Of a stretch of DNA of 64,000 nt, positions 53,667 through 63,981 are shown piece by piece (the first letter of the stretch is position 1; the number at the start of each line of letters is the position of its first letter). This stretch comes from Thiomicrospira sp. (GTDB lineage Bacteria > Pseudomonadota > Gammaproteobacteria > Thiomicrospirales > Thiomicrospiraceae). Where the stretch lies: contig NZ_DATCSL010000089.1 in assembly GCF_036568485.1 (NCBI RefSeq), forward strand, positions 30,367-94,366, in the 5' to 3' direction. The notes under the pieces were generated by a model. The model searched no databases. It worked only from the letters and a program-made list of their open reading frames with translations, and had not been told where the DNA came from. The position numbers and the translations under genes are program-made.

Positions 53667-54794
53667 TTAGGGCTCTGTTTTAAGATCGCTGGGTATATCA
53701 AGGCTACTGACATCCAATGGTTTTGTGCGTTTATTATCGCGCAAACCGAACACATATGCCAACACGGCGGCGACAGCTTTAAATAAAGAATCCGGTATTG
53801 GCTGATCAATCTCAGCATTATAGTACAAAGCTCGTGCCAGTGGCGGGGCCTCTATAATGGGGATATTATGCTCTTTTGCTAAGGTTCTTATTTGCGAGGC
53901 CATAAAATCAACACCTGCGGCCAGCACCACCGGCGCTCGCATGGAATCCTGCTCGTACTTTAAGGCCACCGAAAAATGGGTTGGGTTGGTGATAACGACA
54001 TCCGCTTCAGGTACCTTCTGCATCATACGTCGTTGTGACATTTCTCGCTGAATCTGGCGAATGCGACCTTTAACCTCTGGATTCCCTTCTTGTTGTTTAT
54101 ATTCTTCTTTCACTTCCTGATGCGTCATTTTCAACTGAGTGGTGTGTTGCCAGATCTGAAAAGGGACATCCACAATCGCCACCACAATCAAGGCTAAACT
54201 AACAAAAATAAACGCTTCAATAATAATTTTGGCCGAATGGGCCAACGCTACATTCAAGGCTTGACTGCCAATCCCTATGACTTCCTCATACACATGCCAC
54301 AAAAAATAGACCGCGACGGCTAACACTAAAGTAAATTTGGCCAGCGCCTTGAATAACTCCATTAAGGCCTGAGTTGAAAGCATGCGTTTAATACCCTGAA
54401 GCGGGCTAAGCTTACTGAATTTAGGAGACATGGCTTGCGCACTAAAATTAAAGCCCCCCAACAATGAAGAGCCGATAATGGCGACAATCAGCATTAATAT
54501 GAAAAAAGGCATCAACATCATGATTGACTCGACCACCAAGGCGATAATTAAATCGAGCATTTTAGTCAGGTCAAATGCATGATCACGATCAAAACTCAAT
54601 CCTTTTACCATGATCACTTCAAAAGATTGAATCATTCCCGCACCGAAAAAATACAAAAATAGCGACGCTGAGATCACCATCAAAAATGTAGTGAGCTCTC
54701 TGGAACGCGCAATTTGTCCTTTCTCACTTGCTTCTCGAAGTTTTTTCTCGGAGGGTTCTTCGGTTTTTTCTTGACCGCTGTCGTTCTCTGCCAT
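53667..54794 (-). CDS. flhB: flagellar export switch protein FlhB
   Basis: 375 aa with the NPTH autocleavage site (VVITNPTHFSVAL). Confidence 0.96.
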   Translation of the reverse strand: MAENDSGQEKTEEPSEKKLREASEKGQIARSRELTTFLMVISASLFLYFFGAGMIQSFEVIMVKGLSFDRDHAFDLTKMLDLIIALVVESIMMLMPFFILMLIVAIIGSSLLGGFNFSAQAMSPKFSKLSPLQGIKRMLSTQALMELFKALAKFTLVLAVAVYFLWHVYEEVIGIGSQALNVALAHSAKIIIEAFIFVSLALIVVAIVDVPFQIWQHTTQLKMTHQEVKEEYKQQEGNPEVKGRIRQIQREMSQRRMMQKVPEADVVITNPTHFSVALKYEQDSMRAPVVLAAGVDFMASQIRTLAKEHNIPIIEAPPLARALYYNAEIDQPIPDSLFKAVAAVLAYVFGLRDNKRTKPLDVSSLDIPSDLKTEP

Positions 54795-54802
54795 CTATAA
54801 CC

Positions 54803-55582
54803 CTAGACTGAATTAAGTTGCAAAAGTTGAATGGTTTCCATGGCGCGGGTCAGTAACTCTTGCAAATGGGGCAAGATCATAGGCGTGGTATAAATCATCA
54901 TCACCAGGCCTGCTAATAAGGTGATTGGAAAACCAACGGCAAAAATGTTTAAGGCGGGTGCCGCACGTGTGATCACACCAAAAGATATATTAATTAACAA
55001 CAAGGCTGTAATAGCAGGCAAGGCAATTAAAACCCCTGCCGAAAACATATAACTACCAAACTCATACACCAGTTTAAAACTTTCTGTCGTGAGCATTTCA
55101 GCCCCTACAGGCAAGTAATGAAAACTATCAACAACCGCATAGATCACCATTAGGTGGCCATTTAAGGCTAAAAAGAGCAAGGTTACGATAATGGTAAAAT
55201 ACTGTGATACCACTGGCGCTTGAACCCCACTTGCAGGGTCAACCATTGAGGCAAAGGCCAAACCCATCCCCATGGCAATCATATGCCCAGCCATCACAAA
55301 TGCTTGGAAAACCACCAGAAAAATGATGCCCATCGCTAAACCGATTAGTATTTGCTGCATGATATACATTAACCCCAGCCAAGTGAACGGATCAACCGGC
55401 GGAGGCAAGGCCAACATAGGGGCAACGGCAATAGTAATCAATACCGTCAGAATCAGACGCGAGCGAACCGGAACTGAGCGCATGCCAAATAAAGGAATAA
55501 TTGACAACATCGCGCCAATCCGCACAAACGGCCAGAAGTACAAGCCTATCAATTGAAGAAGTTCTTGATAGGTAAAAGACAT
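54803..55582 (-). CDS. fliR: flagellar export protein FliR
   Basis: 259-aa polytopic protein in the order fliP-fliQ-fliR-flhB. Confidence 0.92.
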   Translation of the reverse strand: MSFTYQELLQLIGLYFWPFVRIGAMLSIIPLFGMRSVPVRSRLILTVLITIAVAPMLALPPPVDPFTWLGLMYIMQQILIGLAMGIIFLVVFQAFVMAGHMIAMGMGLAFASMVDPASGVQAPVVSQYFTIIVTLLFLALNGHLMVIYAVVDSFHYLPVGAEMLTTESFKLVYEFGSYMFSAGVLIALPAITALLLINISFGVITRAAPALNIFAVGFPITLLAGLVMMIYTTPMILPHLQELLTRAMETIQLLQLNSV

Positions 55583-55584
55583 GA

Positions 55585-55854
55585 TTAACCAATCAATGCA
55601 GGGATGTTCATATAGAGCTCAGTTGTGTAGGAAATCATGGTGGTTAACATCCATGGCCCTGCAATCATCAGAGCTACCACAATAATAGCAAGTTTTGGAA
55701 TAAAGCTTAATGTCATTTCGTTAATCTGAGTGGCGGCCTGAAACATACCAATCAACAACCCGACCAACAAAGCCGGAATCAAAAGGGGGGCCGACAATAG
55801 CACGACCACTTCTAACATTTTTTGTCCAAGTGTTAACACGACTTCTGGTTGCAT
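55585..55854 (-). CDS. fliQ: flagellar export protein FliQ
   Basis: 89 aa with two TM helices, of the FliQ family. Confidence 0.93.
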   Translation of the reverse strand: MQPEVVLTLGQKMLEVVVLLSAPLLIPALLVGLLIGMFQAATQINEMTLSFIPKLAIIVVALMIAGPWMLTTMISYTTELYMNIPALIG

Positions 55855-56607
55855 TTAAGTTCCCCCCGCCACAACAAAGCTATTCGCCAATGTGCCAACC
55901 ACCAATGCCCAACCATCAATCAAAACAAACAACATCAACTTAAATGGTAACGAAATAATCATCGGCGACAACATCATCATACCCATTGACATTAACAAAC
56001 TCGCTATGACCAAATCAATAATTAAAAATGGAATAAAAATCATAAACCCGATTTGAAATGCCGTTTTAAGCTCACTGGTCATAAAAGCCGGCACCAACAC
56101 CTTAAGTGGTACCTCTTCAGGAGAAACCAAGGTGATACCCGCCATCTCAGCGAACATTCCCAGATCTGATTCGCGCGTCTGCTCAATCATAAATTGATGC
56201 ATTGGTACAACAGCCAAGTCGACCGCTTCTTTAAAACTCATCTGTTCTTCTAGATAAGGACTGACAGCCGTATTGTATATACGATCCAATACCGGAGACA
56301 TAATAAACAGGGTTAAAAACAGTGCCAATCCAATTAGAACCTGTCCAGAGGGGGTTTGCATTGTGCCTAAAGCTTGTCGCAATAAAGCCAAAACAATAAT
56401 AATCCGTAAAAAAGAGGTGGTGGCAATTAATGCCGCTGGCAACAGTGTTAAACCCGTCATCAGCAATAAAATCTGTATGGTTAAGCTGTAATCTTGGTTC
56501 CCCTGTGGATCGGTTTCCACCGTAAAAGCAGGAATACCCGGCATTGCATGAGCAAAAAAGGGAGCACAAGATAATAAAAGAAAGAGGAAGAATTTAACTA
56601 TTTTCAC
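55855..56607 (-). CDS. fliP: flagellar export protein FliP
   Basis: 250 aa with a signal peptide and the conserved FliP core (…[17 protein letters not shown]…). Confidence 0.95.
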   Translation of the reverse strand: MKIVKFFLFLLLSCAPFFAHAMPGIPAFTVETDPQGNQDYSLTIQILLLMTGLTLLPAALIATTSFLRIIIVLALLRQALGTMQTPSGQVLIGLALFLTLFIMSPVLDRIYNTAVSPYLEEQMSFKEAVDLAVVPMHQFMIEQTRESDLGMFAEMAGITLVSPEEVPLKVLVPAFMTSELKTAFQIGFMIFIPFLIIDLVIASLLMSMGMMMLSPMIISLPFKLMLFVLIDGWALVVGTLANSFVVAGGT

Positions 56608-57058
56608 CAGTATATCTTTGCTTTAAAGCATCTTGAAGGCGCTGCGAGAAAGAAGGTTTTACAGTTGTTTGATCCTGTTCTTCAATCACGATGGGCTCGG
56701 CTAGTTCATGTAACCTTGTAATACGGCTAGGTGTCACACCAACCAATAACTGTTGGCTGCCCACCTGTAGTAGCATGATGCGCTCTTTTTGTCCGACTGA
56801 AAGCATGCCTAAAACACGAAGTTGGCCATCAGCCACCGCGGAAAAACGCCCATATCGTTTCACCAGCCAAGCACCTATAAAAATAATAGCCAACACCAGA
56901 AGTAATGAAATCATAATCTGGCCTAAGTAGTCACCAGGCCTGATTAAAGATCCACCGATTTCGCTGTTATTGGTTGCTGATTCGGATGCCATAGCCGTGC
57001 CGGCTAACATCATCAAACCAACTATTAATACTGACAGCAAGCACTTAAGGCGTATCAT
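56594..57058 (-). CDS. fliO: flagellar protein FliO
   Basis: 154 aa with a single TM helix, lying between fliN and fliP. Confidence 0.8.
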   Translation of the reverse strand: MIRLKCLLSVLIVGLMMLAGTAMASESATNNSEIGGSLIRPGDYLGQIMISLLLVLAIIFIGAWLVKRYGRFSAVADGQLRVLGMLSVGQKERIMLLQVGSQQLLVGVTPSRITRLHELAEPIVIEEQDQTTVKPSFSQRLQDALKQRYTGENS

Positions 57059-57540
57059 TTAAGTTTTTTAATCCGTTCTTGCGGGCTAATAACATCCGTT
57101 AAACGAACCCCAAACTTATCATTTACCACCACGACTTCACCATGGGCAATTAAGGTGCCATTTACCAATAAATCGAGCGGCTCCCCTGCCAATCTATCCA
57201 TCTCTACCACTGAGCCTTGCGTATAAGACAAGAGATTTCGGATCGATACTTTGGCGCGACCAATTTCAAGCTGCAAAGTGACAGGAATATCGAGTACGAC
57301 ATCCAGGTCAACTTTGTTTTTTGAATCTCCGCGGTCCGCGCTTAAAGCTTCAAAGGCAGCCGCATCCATTGCACCGGCTTTCGTTGCTTTTGCGCCTTCA
57401 GCCGCTTCGGCTTTTGATTGTTCACTGAGCGCACTGCCCCAAGGATCATCATCTGCACCTACATCATCCGTATCAGCTTCCGATTCGGCCTGTTCATTTA
57501 AGGCATCGCCCCACGCATCTAATTCATCTTGATCACTCAT
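57055..57540 (-). CDS. fliN: flagellar motor switch protein FliN
   Basis: 161 aa with an acidic N-terminal extension and a C-terminal SpoA domain (…LDLLVNGTLIAHGEVVVVNDKFGVRLTDV). Confidence 0.93.
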   Translation of the reverse strand: MSDQDELDAWGDALNEQAESEADTDDVGADDDPWGSALSEQSKAEAAEGAKATKAGAMDAAAFEALSADRGDSKNKVDLDVVLDIPVTLQLEIGRAKVSIRNLLSYTQGSVVEMDRLAGEPLDLLVNGTLIAHGEVVVVNDKFGVRLTDVISPQERIKKLK

Positions 57541-58549
57541 TGTACCAGTCCTTCACGTTATCGATCATTCGCTCATGATAAGCAGGATGATGCAAAACTT
57601 CTTCAATTTTTATGGATTTTTTATCATTGCTAATGCCAACTTTACCTCTGGCTAATGCAATGCCTTCGGCTCGAAGTGTCACAGATTTTGGCATTTCAAT
57701 CGGGATAATATCACCCGTTTCCATTTTTAAAATGTCATTCATATCCATTGCAACTTCAGCCAGCGCAGCTGTAATCGTTACTTCGATATTTTTCGACTCT
57801 TCTCTTAGCGTTTTTGACCAGCGGTTATCGGATTCACCTTGTAGGTTCTGCATGCCCTCTTCGAGCTTATCGCGAACCGGCTCCAACATCGCATAAGGCA
57901 TGACAATATCAACCCGTCCTTCCACGCCTTCAAAACGCACATTAATTGGGCTCACCACAATCATATCGGTCGCATCAACAATCCCAGCAAATTTAGGGTT
58001 CATCTCGGAATGCATATATTCAATTTCGACATCCATTACCGGTGCCCATGCTTTTCGCATGTTTTCAGTAGAAATGTCCAAGATGCTACGGATCATACTC
58101 ATTTCTACCGGTGTATATTCACGCCCTTCTATCTTAAAAGGTAATAAACCCGTTCCACCAAAATAGATGTCAACGGCAGTAAAAATCAGTTTCGAGTCTA
58201 AGGTAAATAAAGAAATGCCATTTAGCGGATTAATACGATATATATTTAAACTGGTTGGAACAAACAGATTACGTAGGTAATCAATCATTTTGATGATTTT
58301 AACTTCGCCAGCCGTCACTTCAACGCTTGCCAGAATCATTTCATTAAAATGACGCTGGAACCCTCTAGCGAAACGCTCGTTAATAATATCCAGTGCTGGC
58401 AAACGCCCACGAATAATACGTTCTTGGTTGGTAAAGTCATAGACTTTAGCCGAACCATCTGACGCCTCATCGTTTTCAGTCTCAACATCCCCTTCGCCCA
58501 TACCGCGAAGAAGCGCATCAACCTCATCTTGACTTAGGATATCATCCAT
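57533..58549 (-). CDS. fliM: flagellar motor switch protein FliM
   Basis: 338 aa with the N-terminal CheY-P binding peptide (ILSQDEVDALL). Confidence 0.95.
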   Translation of the reverse strand: MDDILSQDEVDALLRGMGEGDVETENDEASDGSAKVYDFTNQERIIRGRLPALDIINERFARGFQRHFNEMILASVEVTAGEVKIIKMIDYLRNLFVPTSLNIYRINPLNGISLFTLDSKLIFTAVDIYFGGTGLLPFKIEGREYTPVEMSMIRSILDISTENMRKAWAPVMDVEIEYMHSEMNPKFAGIVDATDMIVVSPINVRFEGVEGRVDIVMPYAMLEPVRDKLEEGMQNLQGESDNRWSKTLREESKNIEVTITAALAEVAMDMNDILKMETGDIIPIEMPKSVTLRAEGIALARGKVGISNDKKSIKIEEVLHHPAYHERMIDNVKDWYNE

Positions 58550-58560
58550 CTACACATTCT

Positions 58561-59079
58561 CTACTGCATGACAAAACGAGTTAAGAACACGTTTTGCACA
58601 TATTCAGGGTTTAGACCATTACTTTCAGCCGCTGCACGACCAATTTCCAGAATTCGCTGACGCAGCAGCTCCTGTCCGTTATCTTGGCTCAACTCGGTGT
58701 AAGTTTGCTGACGTAACAACATTTGTAGATCATTCTGCAGAATCGGGCGTATGTGTTCCATATCTTCGATTAATTCAGGATGACGTGACATAAACTTCAG
58801 ATCAACCGCTAAAAAACGCGCACGACCTTCACCTTTGAAATTCACAACAAACTTCATTTCAAAATAAGTTGGTGGGGTTCCGGCGGGTGGCGCAGGGTAT
58901 TCTTTATAAGGTGAAGTGGATTCTGCAACCGCTTGCTCAGCTGAAGAACCATTACTACCTGACCCCATAAGCATCATCGCCATCACAGCCATACCTATAG
59001 CTAATAACAAAACCACGACACTTAATGCAATGATTAATCCCTTACCACTTTTATTTTGAGGTTGGACTTCTTCCGCCAT
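58561..59079 (-). CDS. fliL: flagellar basal-body-associated protein FliL
   Basis: 172 aa with a single TM helix and a FliL domain. Confidence 0.88.
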   Translation of the reverse strand: MAEEVQPQNKSGKGLIIALSVVVLLLAIGMAVMAMMLMGSGSNGSSAEQAVAESTSPYKEYPAPPAGTPPTYFEMKFVVNFKGEGRARFLAVDLKFMSRHPELIEDMEHIRPILQNDLQMLLRQQTYTELSQDNGQELLRQRILEIGRAAAESNGLNPEYVQNVFLTRFVMQ

Positions 59080-59125
59080 GCTTGTATTCCTAATTATTAT
59101 TTAATTGAAAATTGTAACACCAAAA

Positions 59126-60007
59126 TCATGGGGTGTTTTGTAATTGACTGCCTGTCGAATCCACCACGGGTGCATCGCTAAGTGAGCGAATGCGTGCAAT
59201 GGCATCTTGATTAAGTACGACAATACTGATCCGACGATTACGCGGATTATACGGGTTTTCTTTATCGAATGGCACAGTATCAGAAAGACCGACTACTTGA
59301 ACAATTCTGTCAGTATCAACCCCCCCCTGCAAAATGAGGCGACGTGCGGCATTCGCGCGGTCCGCTGACAACTCCCAGTTTGTATATTCAGCATTAGCAC
59401 CATAGCTTGATGAGTCGGTATGACCCGCCACACTGATCTTGCTAGCGCTTTTACCCAAAACCATACCTAATTCTCTAATAATCGTTTGAGCATAAGCTCT
59501 AGGTGCATCCACGCCGGCATCAAACATCGGACGTCGGCGATCATCCAATACTTGAACCTGTAAACCGTTTGGTGTGATATCAAGCTTTAGCTGTTCCTTA
59601 AACTCCTGCAACACCGGTGAGGCTTCGATACGCTGCTCCAGCTCTTGTTTAAGCTGCTGCATTTCTTCTCGCTCTTGCTGACGCGTTTCTTCGTTAATCT
59701 CATCACTCTTATCACCACGAGGGGCATCCGTATGCCCACCCATGTCAATCACAGAATCGGTAGCCTGGCCAGCACGCTCAGATTGAATTAATATTTCAGG
59801 TGACGCCTCTATCACGGTAGGGTCTCGAAAATACTCCGCCATAGACTTAAGCTCTGAATCACTGGTCCCACCCAAAATCCACAACATCAAAAAAAAGGCC
59901 ATTGCAGCGGTCATAAAATCCGCAAACGCAACCTTCCAAGCACCGCCATGGCGAACATGGGGGCACTTATTAACTCGTTTGATAATTATGGACTGTTCAT
60001 CACTCAT
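59126..60007 (-). CDS. motB: flagellar stator protein MotB (OmpA-like C-terminus)
   Basis: GGAWKVAFADFMTAMMAFFL plug/TM segment with the conserved Asp, and an OmpA-like peptidoglycan-binding domain (GHTD…NWELSADRA). Confidence 0.9.
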   Translation of the reverse strand: MSDEQSIIIKRVNKCPHVRHGGAWKVAFADFMTAAMAFFLMLWILGGTSDSELKSMAEYFRDPTVIEASPEILIQSERAGQATDSVIDMGGHTDAPRGDKSDEINEETRQQEREEMQQLKQELEQRIEASPVLQEFKEQLKLDITPNGLQVQVLDDRRRPMFDAGVDAPRAYAQTIIRELGMVLGKSASKISVAGHTDSSSYGANAEYTNWELSADRANAARRLILQGGVDTDRIVQVVGLSDTVPFDKENPYNPRNRRISIVVLNQDAIARIRSLSDAPVVDSTGSQLQNTP

Positions 60008-60019
60008 GCTGATTTGTCA

Positions 60020-60871
60020 TTATTTTTGAGTTTGTAAGTACTCATCCACTTCATTAAAAGTTGGACGTAATTTACCAGGGATCGACTTACGTCCAAATTC
60101 TATTGCAATTTGGGGCGCATAACCGTTTAAGTTTGCCATTAAGCAAGTTTTGATGGTGGTAAAAAAAGCACTCGATTCATGAGCACGATTTCCCATATCA
60201 GAAGCAATCGGGCCGACAAAGCCATAAGCCGCCAAAATACCCAAAAAGGTCCCGACCAGAGCGACCGACATATGATGCGCAATTTCCATTGGACCCGCAT
60301 CCAAATAACTCATGGTAACAATAATCCCCAACACAGCGGCAACGATACCAAAACCAGGCAAAGCTTCCGCCACTTTTGCTACCGCTTCCGAAGGGGCCAT
60401 AGCTTCATGATGATGCACGTCCAACTCTAGAATCATTAAGTCTTCTAGTTGGTAGGGGTTACTGGCACCACTAATCATTAAGCGCAGATAATCACAGATA
60501 AAATCGACCACATGATGATCTTTTACAATTTTAGGGTAAGCATTAAAAATCTCGCTGGCATGCGGCTCTTCAACATCCGCTTCAATCGCCATTAAACCTT
60601 CACGACGCGCCTTGTTGAAAATACGGAACATTAAACCTAACAAGTCCATATAAAGCTGTTTATTAAAGCTCGAAGGTTTTGCCAAAGCTAAAGCCCCAGC
60701 AAAACCACCTTTGATAATCCACCCCGGATTGCCAATAATGTAAGCACCTATCGCGCAACCAAAAATGATTAACATTTCTAACGGTTGGAAAAGTATGCTT
60801 AAACTTCCATGGGGGACATAGCCACCTAGAAAGCACCCCATCACTATTAAGGTTCCGACAATCGCCTTCAC
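60020..60871 (-). CDS. motA: flagellar stator protein MotA
   Basis: 283 aa, collinear with E. coli MotA (…YMDLL.L….., DYLRLMISG, NLNGYAPQIAIEFGRK). It has a GTG start. Confidence 0.92.
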   Translation of the reverse strand: MKAIVGTLIVMGCFLGGYVPHGSLSILFQPLEMLIIFGCAIGAYIIGNPGWIIKGGFAGALALAKPSSFNKQLYMDLLGLMFRIFNKARREGLMAIEADVEEPHASEIFNAYPKIVKDHHVVDFICDYLRLMISGASNPYQLEDLMILELDVHHHEAMAPSEAVAKVAEALPGFGIVAAVLGIIVTMSYLDAGPMEIAHHMSVALVGTFLGILAAYGFVGPIASDMGNRAHESSAFFTTIKTCLMANLNGYAPQIAIEFGRKSIPGKLRPTFNEVDEYLQTQK

Positions 60872-60926
60872 TGTATATTTACCCTTTCTATAAAACGATA
60901 AGGCTCAGACGCTTATCTTATATAAC

Positions 60927-60940
60927 AACCAGGCCTGGTA
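60927..60940. repeat. intergenic copy of the iterated palindrome (AACCAGGCCTGGTA)
   Basis: Lies 19 nt downstream of the MCP stop on the minus strand and upstream of motA. Confidence 0.85.
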
Positions 60941-60958
60941 CCGATGCCTAGATGCTAT

Positions 60959-61972
60959 TTAGTGTTTAATAACATTGGTTAATGCGTCTTGAGCAGATTT
61001 TAACTGATTTAAACTGGTTGCAATATCATGCAAGAAATCACTGACCTTGCCGGCTTGAGTTTGCGTATTCTCTACACGCTCTTGACCATGTTCCATGACC
61101 TGAACAGCGTTTCGGGCACGCTTCTGTAACTCTTCAATAATCGTTTGAATTTCGGTTGTCGCCTGCTGAGTTTTACCAGCCAATATTCTAACCTCATCCG
61201 CAACGACCGCAAACCCCCGGCCATGCTCACCCGCACGTGCGGCTTCAATCGCAGCGTTAAGTGCTAGTAAGTTTGTCTGTTCAGCAATGTCCCGAATTAA
61301 CACCAAAACTGTGCCGATATTGCTACTATCGGATTCGAGCTGTTTAATCACCTCGGTTGCACGCGTTACTTCTTCAGTTAAGCCACTCACTTCGGTTATT
61401 ACGTTTTCAGCCGAAGACATACCCGCCGCTGAGCCGTGGCTCATACGTTCAACCGCCTGTTCAACTTGCTCAGACAATTCAAAAAGCTCACTCATATCCA
61501 GGCCATTTTCAGCAGCCGCACGTACTTCTTCTGTTTCTTCCTGCGCACTGCTTAAGGCGGCATTCAAATTGTTTACTTGTTGTTGCAAACCTTCAATTTC
61601 AGCTTGATAGTTAGACACCTCTTTTGAACGTTGGTCTAACTTTACTTGCGCCTGCTCAAGCAGCTGATTAAGTGCTTTTAATAATTTTGGGTTCGTATTT
61701 GGTGCTTTCAAAACCTGATCAAAGCGATCATCACTGCCTACTTGGTTTAGTTCATCAACCAACTCAGACTGCTCACAAACACCCGCCTTATTACACCATA
61801 ATAAGTAGACTAATGCACTAACGATTACAGCTGTCACCCCGACGGCAACCGCAACAAACCCAATCATCGAGCCGGTTGTAATATCAGTGCTCGCTATACT
61901 GATTGCGGGCAAACCTAGCCCACCTATAAACAGTCCTGTGCTAACGGCTTTCATTTGTCTACTCCTAAGCAT
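60959..61972 (-). CDS. short methyl-accepting chemotaxis protein without a recognisable ligand-binding domain
   Basis: 337 aa with an N-terminal hydrophobic segment and a coiled coil. The MCP hairpin-tip signature is [29 protein letters not shown], with only about 85 aa after the tip. Its start overlaps the fliK stop by 8 nt. Confidence 0.85.
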   Translation of the reverse strand: MLRSRQMKAVSTGLFIGGLGLPAISIASTDITTGSMIGFVAVAVGVTAVIVSALVYLLWCNKAGVCEQSELVDELNQVGSDDRFDQVLKAPNTNPKLLKALNQLLEQAQVKLDQRSKEVSNYQAEIEGLQQQVNNLNAALSSAQEETEEVRAAAENGLDMSELFELSEQVEQAVERMSHGSAAGMSSAENVITEVSGLTEEVTRATEVIKQLESDSSNIGTVLVLIRDIAEQTNLLALNAAIEAARAGEHGRGFAVVADEVRILAGKTQQATTEIQTIIEELQKRARNAVQVMEHGQERVENTQTQAGKVSDFLHDIATSLNQLKSAQDALTNVIKH

Positions 61973-63929
61973 AAAAATCGATCATATTATCTGTTTGTTT
62001 TTTGACTGAAGGTGACTCAACCTCCCCTTCACTTGCAGTATTTGAAACGCTGGCTGCATTGGTTTTTGCTGATTCTGCTGTTTGATCTTGGTTGGATTGT
62101 TCAAAAGCATCCTCATCCTCTACCTTAACCTCATCAAAACTGATACCTGCTTCTTCTAGCATTTCTTTTAATCGTGGGATAGCCGCCTCCAATGCTTCAC
62201 GTGTCGCACCATGCTGGGCGGTCATTGATACCGTCACCATTTGATCTCGATCTAACTGTAAACGCAATTGGATCGGTCCAAGCTTCTCTGGATTAAGACT
62301 AATTTGTGCCTGTTGCATCTGCTGGTTCGCCATAAAAACGATACGCTTACCCACTGACTGAGCCCACTGAGGGTGACGCAAAGGATATGCTATTGAAGCC
62401 AAGGCCGGTGCGCTTGACTTACGTTCCGCTCCGGTTGATGCGACACCTAGTAATTCCAATTCGCCCTCAGCATTGGCGGCTTTATACTTCACATCAGAAA
62501 CTTTTAAAGCTTCTTGCTGTTGCTGCGCCCACTGATCCTTTAAATTTAAATTCATTGCTTGCTGTTGCAAATTAGACTGGTTCAACTGTTGTTGAGACGT
62601 TTGCACTGGCGCTTGAATATCGTTTAATGGCTTGGAGGTTGCCTCATTTGTCGCCGCTTTAAGCTGAACTTTGTCAGCTAACGCGTTAGGATTAGCTGGC
62701 TGAGCTTGACGATTTAGCGCCGCTTGCGCCATGCCAGCTAAACCCTGCGGCGCGGCTTGCTGGGCAGCTTGTGAATTCACAGGAGTAAAAGCGCTCGCTT
62801 GATTGAGCGCTGAGTTAAGGCCTTCTTCAGCTTCCAGAAGATTCATCTCTAAGTCAGGATTTAGCAACTCTTTGCCGTCATCGGCCTTAACTGCTGGGGC
62901 AGGCTGGTTTATGACTTCATTCAACTGACTAGGGATCTGTAAAGTTTGCACAAAACCGACAATCTCCTCCAGACGAGCCAAGTCTTCTTCACTCAGGTTC
63001 TCAACAGCCAAAGCATCGGAAGATAAAAGCTCGGTCAAAGCCTCCAAGGTTTCAAGTCCGTCCAAATCACTGAATTCAGTTTCAACTGACCTTAAACCGG
63101 CAAGATTAGCCTGGTCGGCAGACACACTATCCAATAATTTTTGCGCGCGTGGCAATAAATGTTTTTGAATGAAATCTGTCAGTAATGGCGAATCATCGGA
63201 TGCTGGATCTAATTCAAACTGAGCCTTCAAACCTTGACTCTGCGCCATATCCAACTCAAATTTCACCGATGGCTTCTCTTGTTTGAGAAAAGCCACGAAT
63301 TGCTGCAGTGAATCATTAAACTCGGCTACCGCTAAATGTTTCTGCTCAGGCGTTTCGGCATCTTTTAAGGCCGCAAGCATCGATTGCATGGAGGCTTTAA
63401 GTTCATCGAAGCGCTCGTTTAATTCAGATAGCACTTGAGGAGTTAACTCGTCTGAAGGCACATCTTCAAGCGCCTCAGAAACAGCAACCAGGCCTGGTTG
63501 CTGTTCTAGCGTTGTATCTAGCATCGCATCTAAATCAGCCAACTCCGAAACCAATTCAGCATCAGCCCCTTCAGATACCGAAAGACTTTGTGGCACATCT
63601 CCTGTAAAAGAGGTGGCCAAACCCTGCTGAGCCAACCAGCTAGAAAGCTGCTCGAACATGCTCTCGTCGGATTCCAAATCCACATCAAAAGACAACTTCT
63701 CAGCAAAAGCTTGCAAAGATTGGGGGTCTACTTTTTTAAGGTCTGACAAGGCCGCTAAGTCTAAGTTGCCTTTTTGATACTCCGCCATCATGAGTGCACC
63801 CAACTGGGTAGAGAAATCACTCTGAGCCTCTGGGGCCGCATCCGATAAGAGTAAAGATGGGGTTTCAGGACGATTGATAAACCCAAACATAGGGGGGGTT
63901 GCTCTTGTGTCCGGTGCTGTGTTCAGCAT
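61965..63929 (-). CDS. fliK: flagellar hook-length control protein FliK
   Basis: 654 aa, Q/A/E-rich and low in complexity, with a C-terminal Flg_hook domain (…[29 protein letters not shown]…). Confidence 0.85.
   Translation of the reverse strand: MLNTAPDTRATPPMFGFINRPETPSLLLSDAAPEAQSDFSTQLGALMMAEYQKGNLDLAALSDLKKVDPQSLQAFAEKLSFDVDLESDESMFEQLSSWLAQQGLATSFTGDVPQSLSVSEGADAELVSELADLDAMLDTTLEQQPGLVAVSEALEDVPSDELTPQVLSELNERFDELKASMQSMLAALKDAETPEQKHLAVAEFNDSLQQFVAFLKQEKPSVKFELDMAQSQGLKAQFELDPASDDSPLLTDFIQKHLLPRAQKLLDSVSADQANLAGLRSVETEFSDLDGLETLEALTELLSSDALAVENLSEEDLARLEEIVGFVQTLQIPSQLNEVINQPAPAVKADDGKELLNPDLEMNLLEAEEGLNSALNQASAFTPVNSQAAQQAAPQGLAGMAQAALNRQAQPANPNALADKVQLKAATNEATSKPLNDIQAPVQTSQQQLNQSNLQQQAMNLNLKDQWAQQQQEALKVSDVKYKAANAEGELELLGVASTGAERKSSAPALASIAYPLRHPQWAQSVGKRIVFMANQQMQQAQISLNPEKLGPIQLRLQLDRDQMVTVSMTAQHGATREALEAAIPRLKEMLEEAGISFDEVKVEDEDAFEQSNQDQTAESAKTNAASVSNTASEGEVESPSVKKQTDNMIDFYA
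63480..63505. repeat. 26-bp perfect palindrome AACAGCAACCAGGCCTGGTTGCTGTT inside fliK
   Basis: Centred on the iterated-palindrome core at 63488-63497. It encodes EQQPGLVAV on the minus strand. Confidence 0.9.
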
Positions 63930-63965
63930 AATTCATCTCTCATTAAATTCTTCTAACCGAGAATT

Positions 63966-63981
63966 AGCAAACACCATGCCT
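63966..63981 (-). promoter_or_regulatory. candidate sigma-54 (-24/-12) promoter for fliK
   Basis: The minus strand reads AGGCAT-GGTGT-TTGCT, against the consensus TGGCAC-N5-TTGCW. It lies about 37-52 nt upstream of the fliK ATG. Confidence 0.4.
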
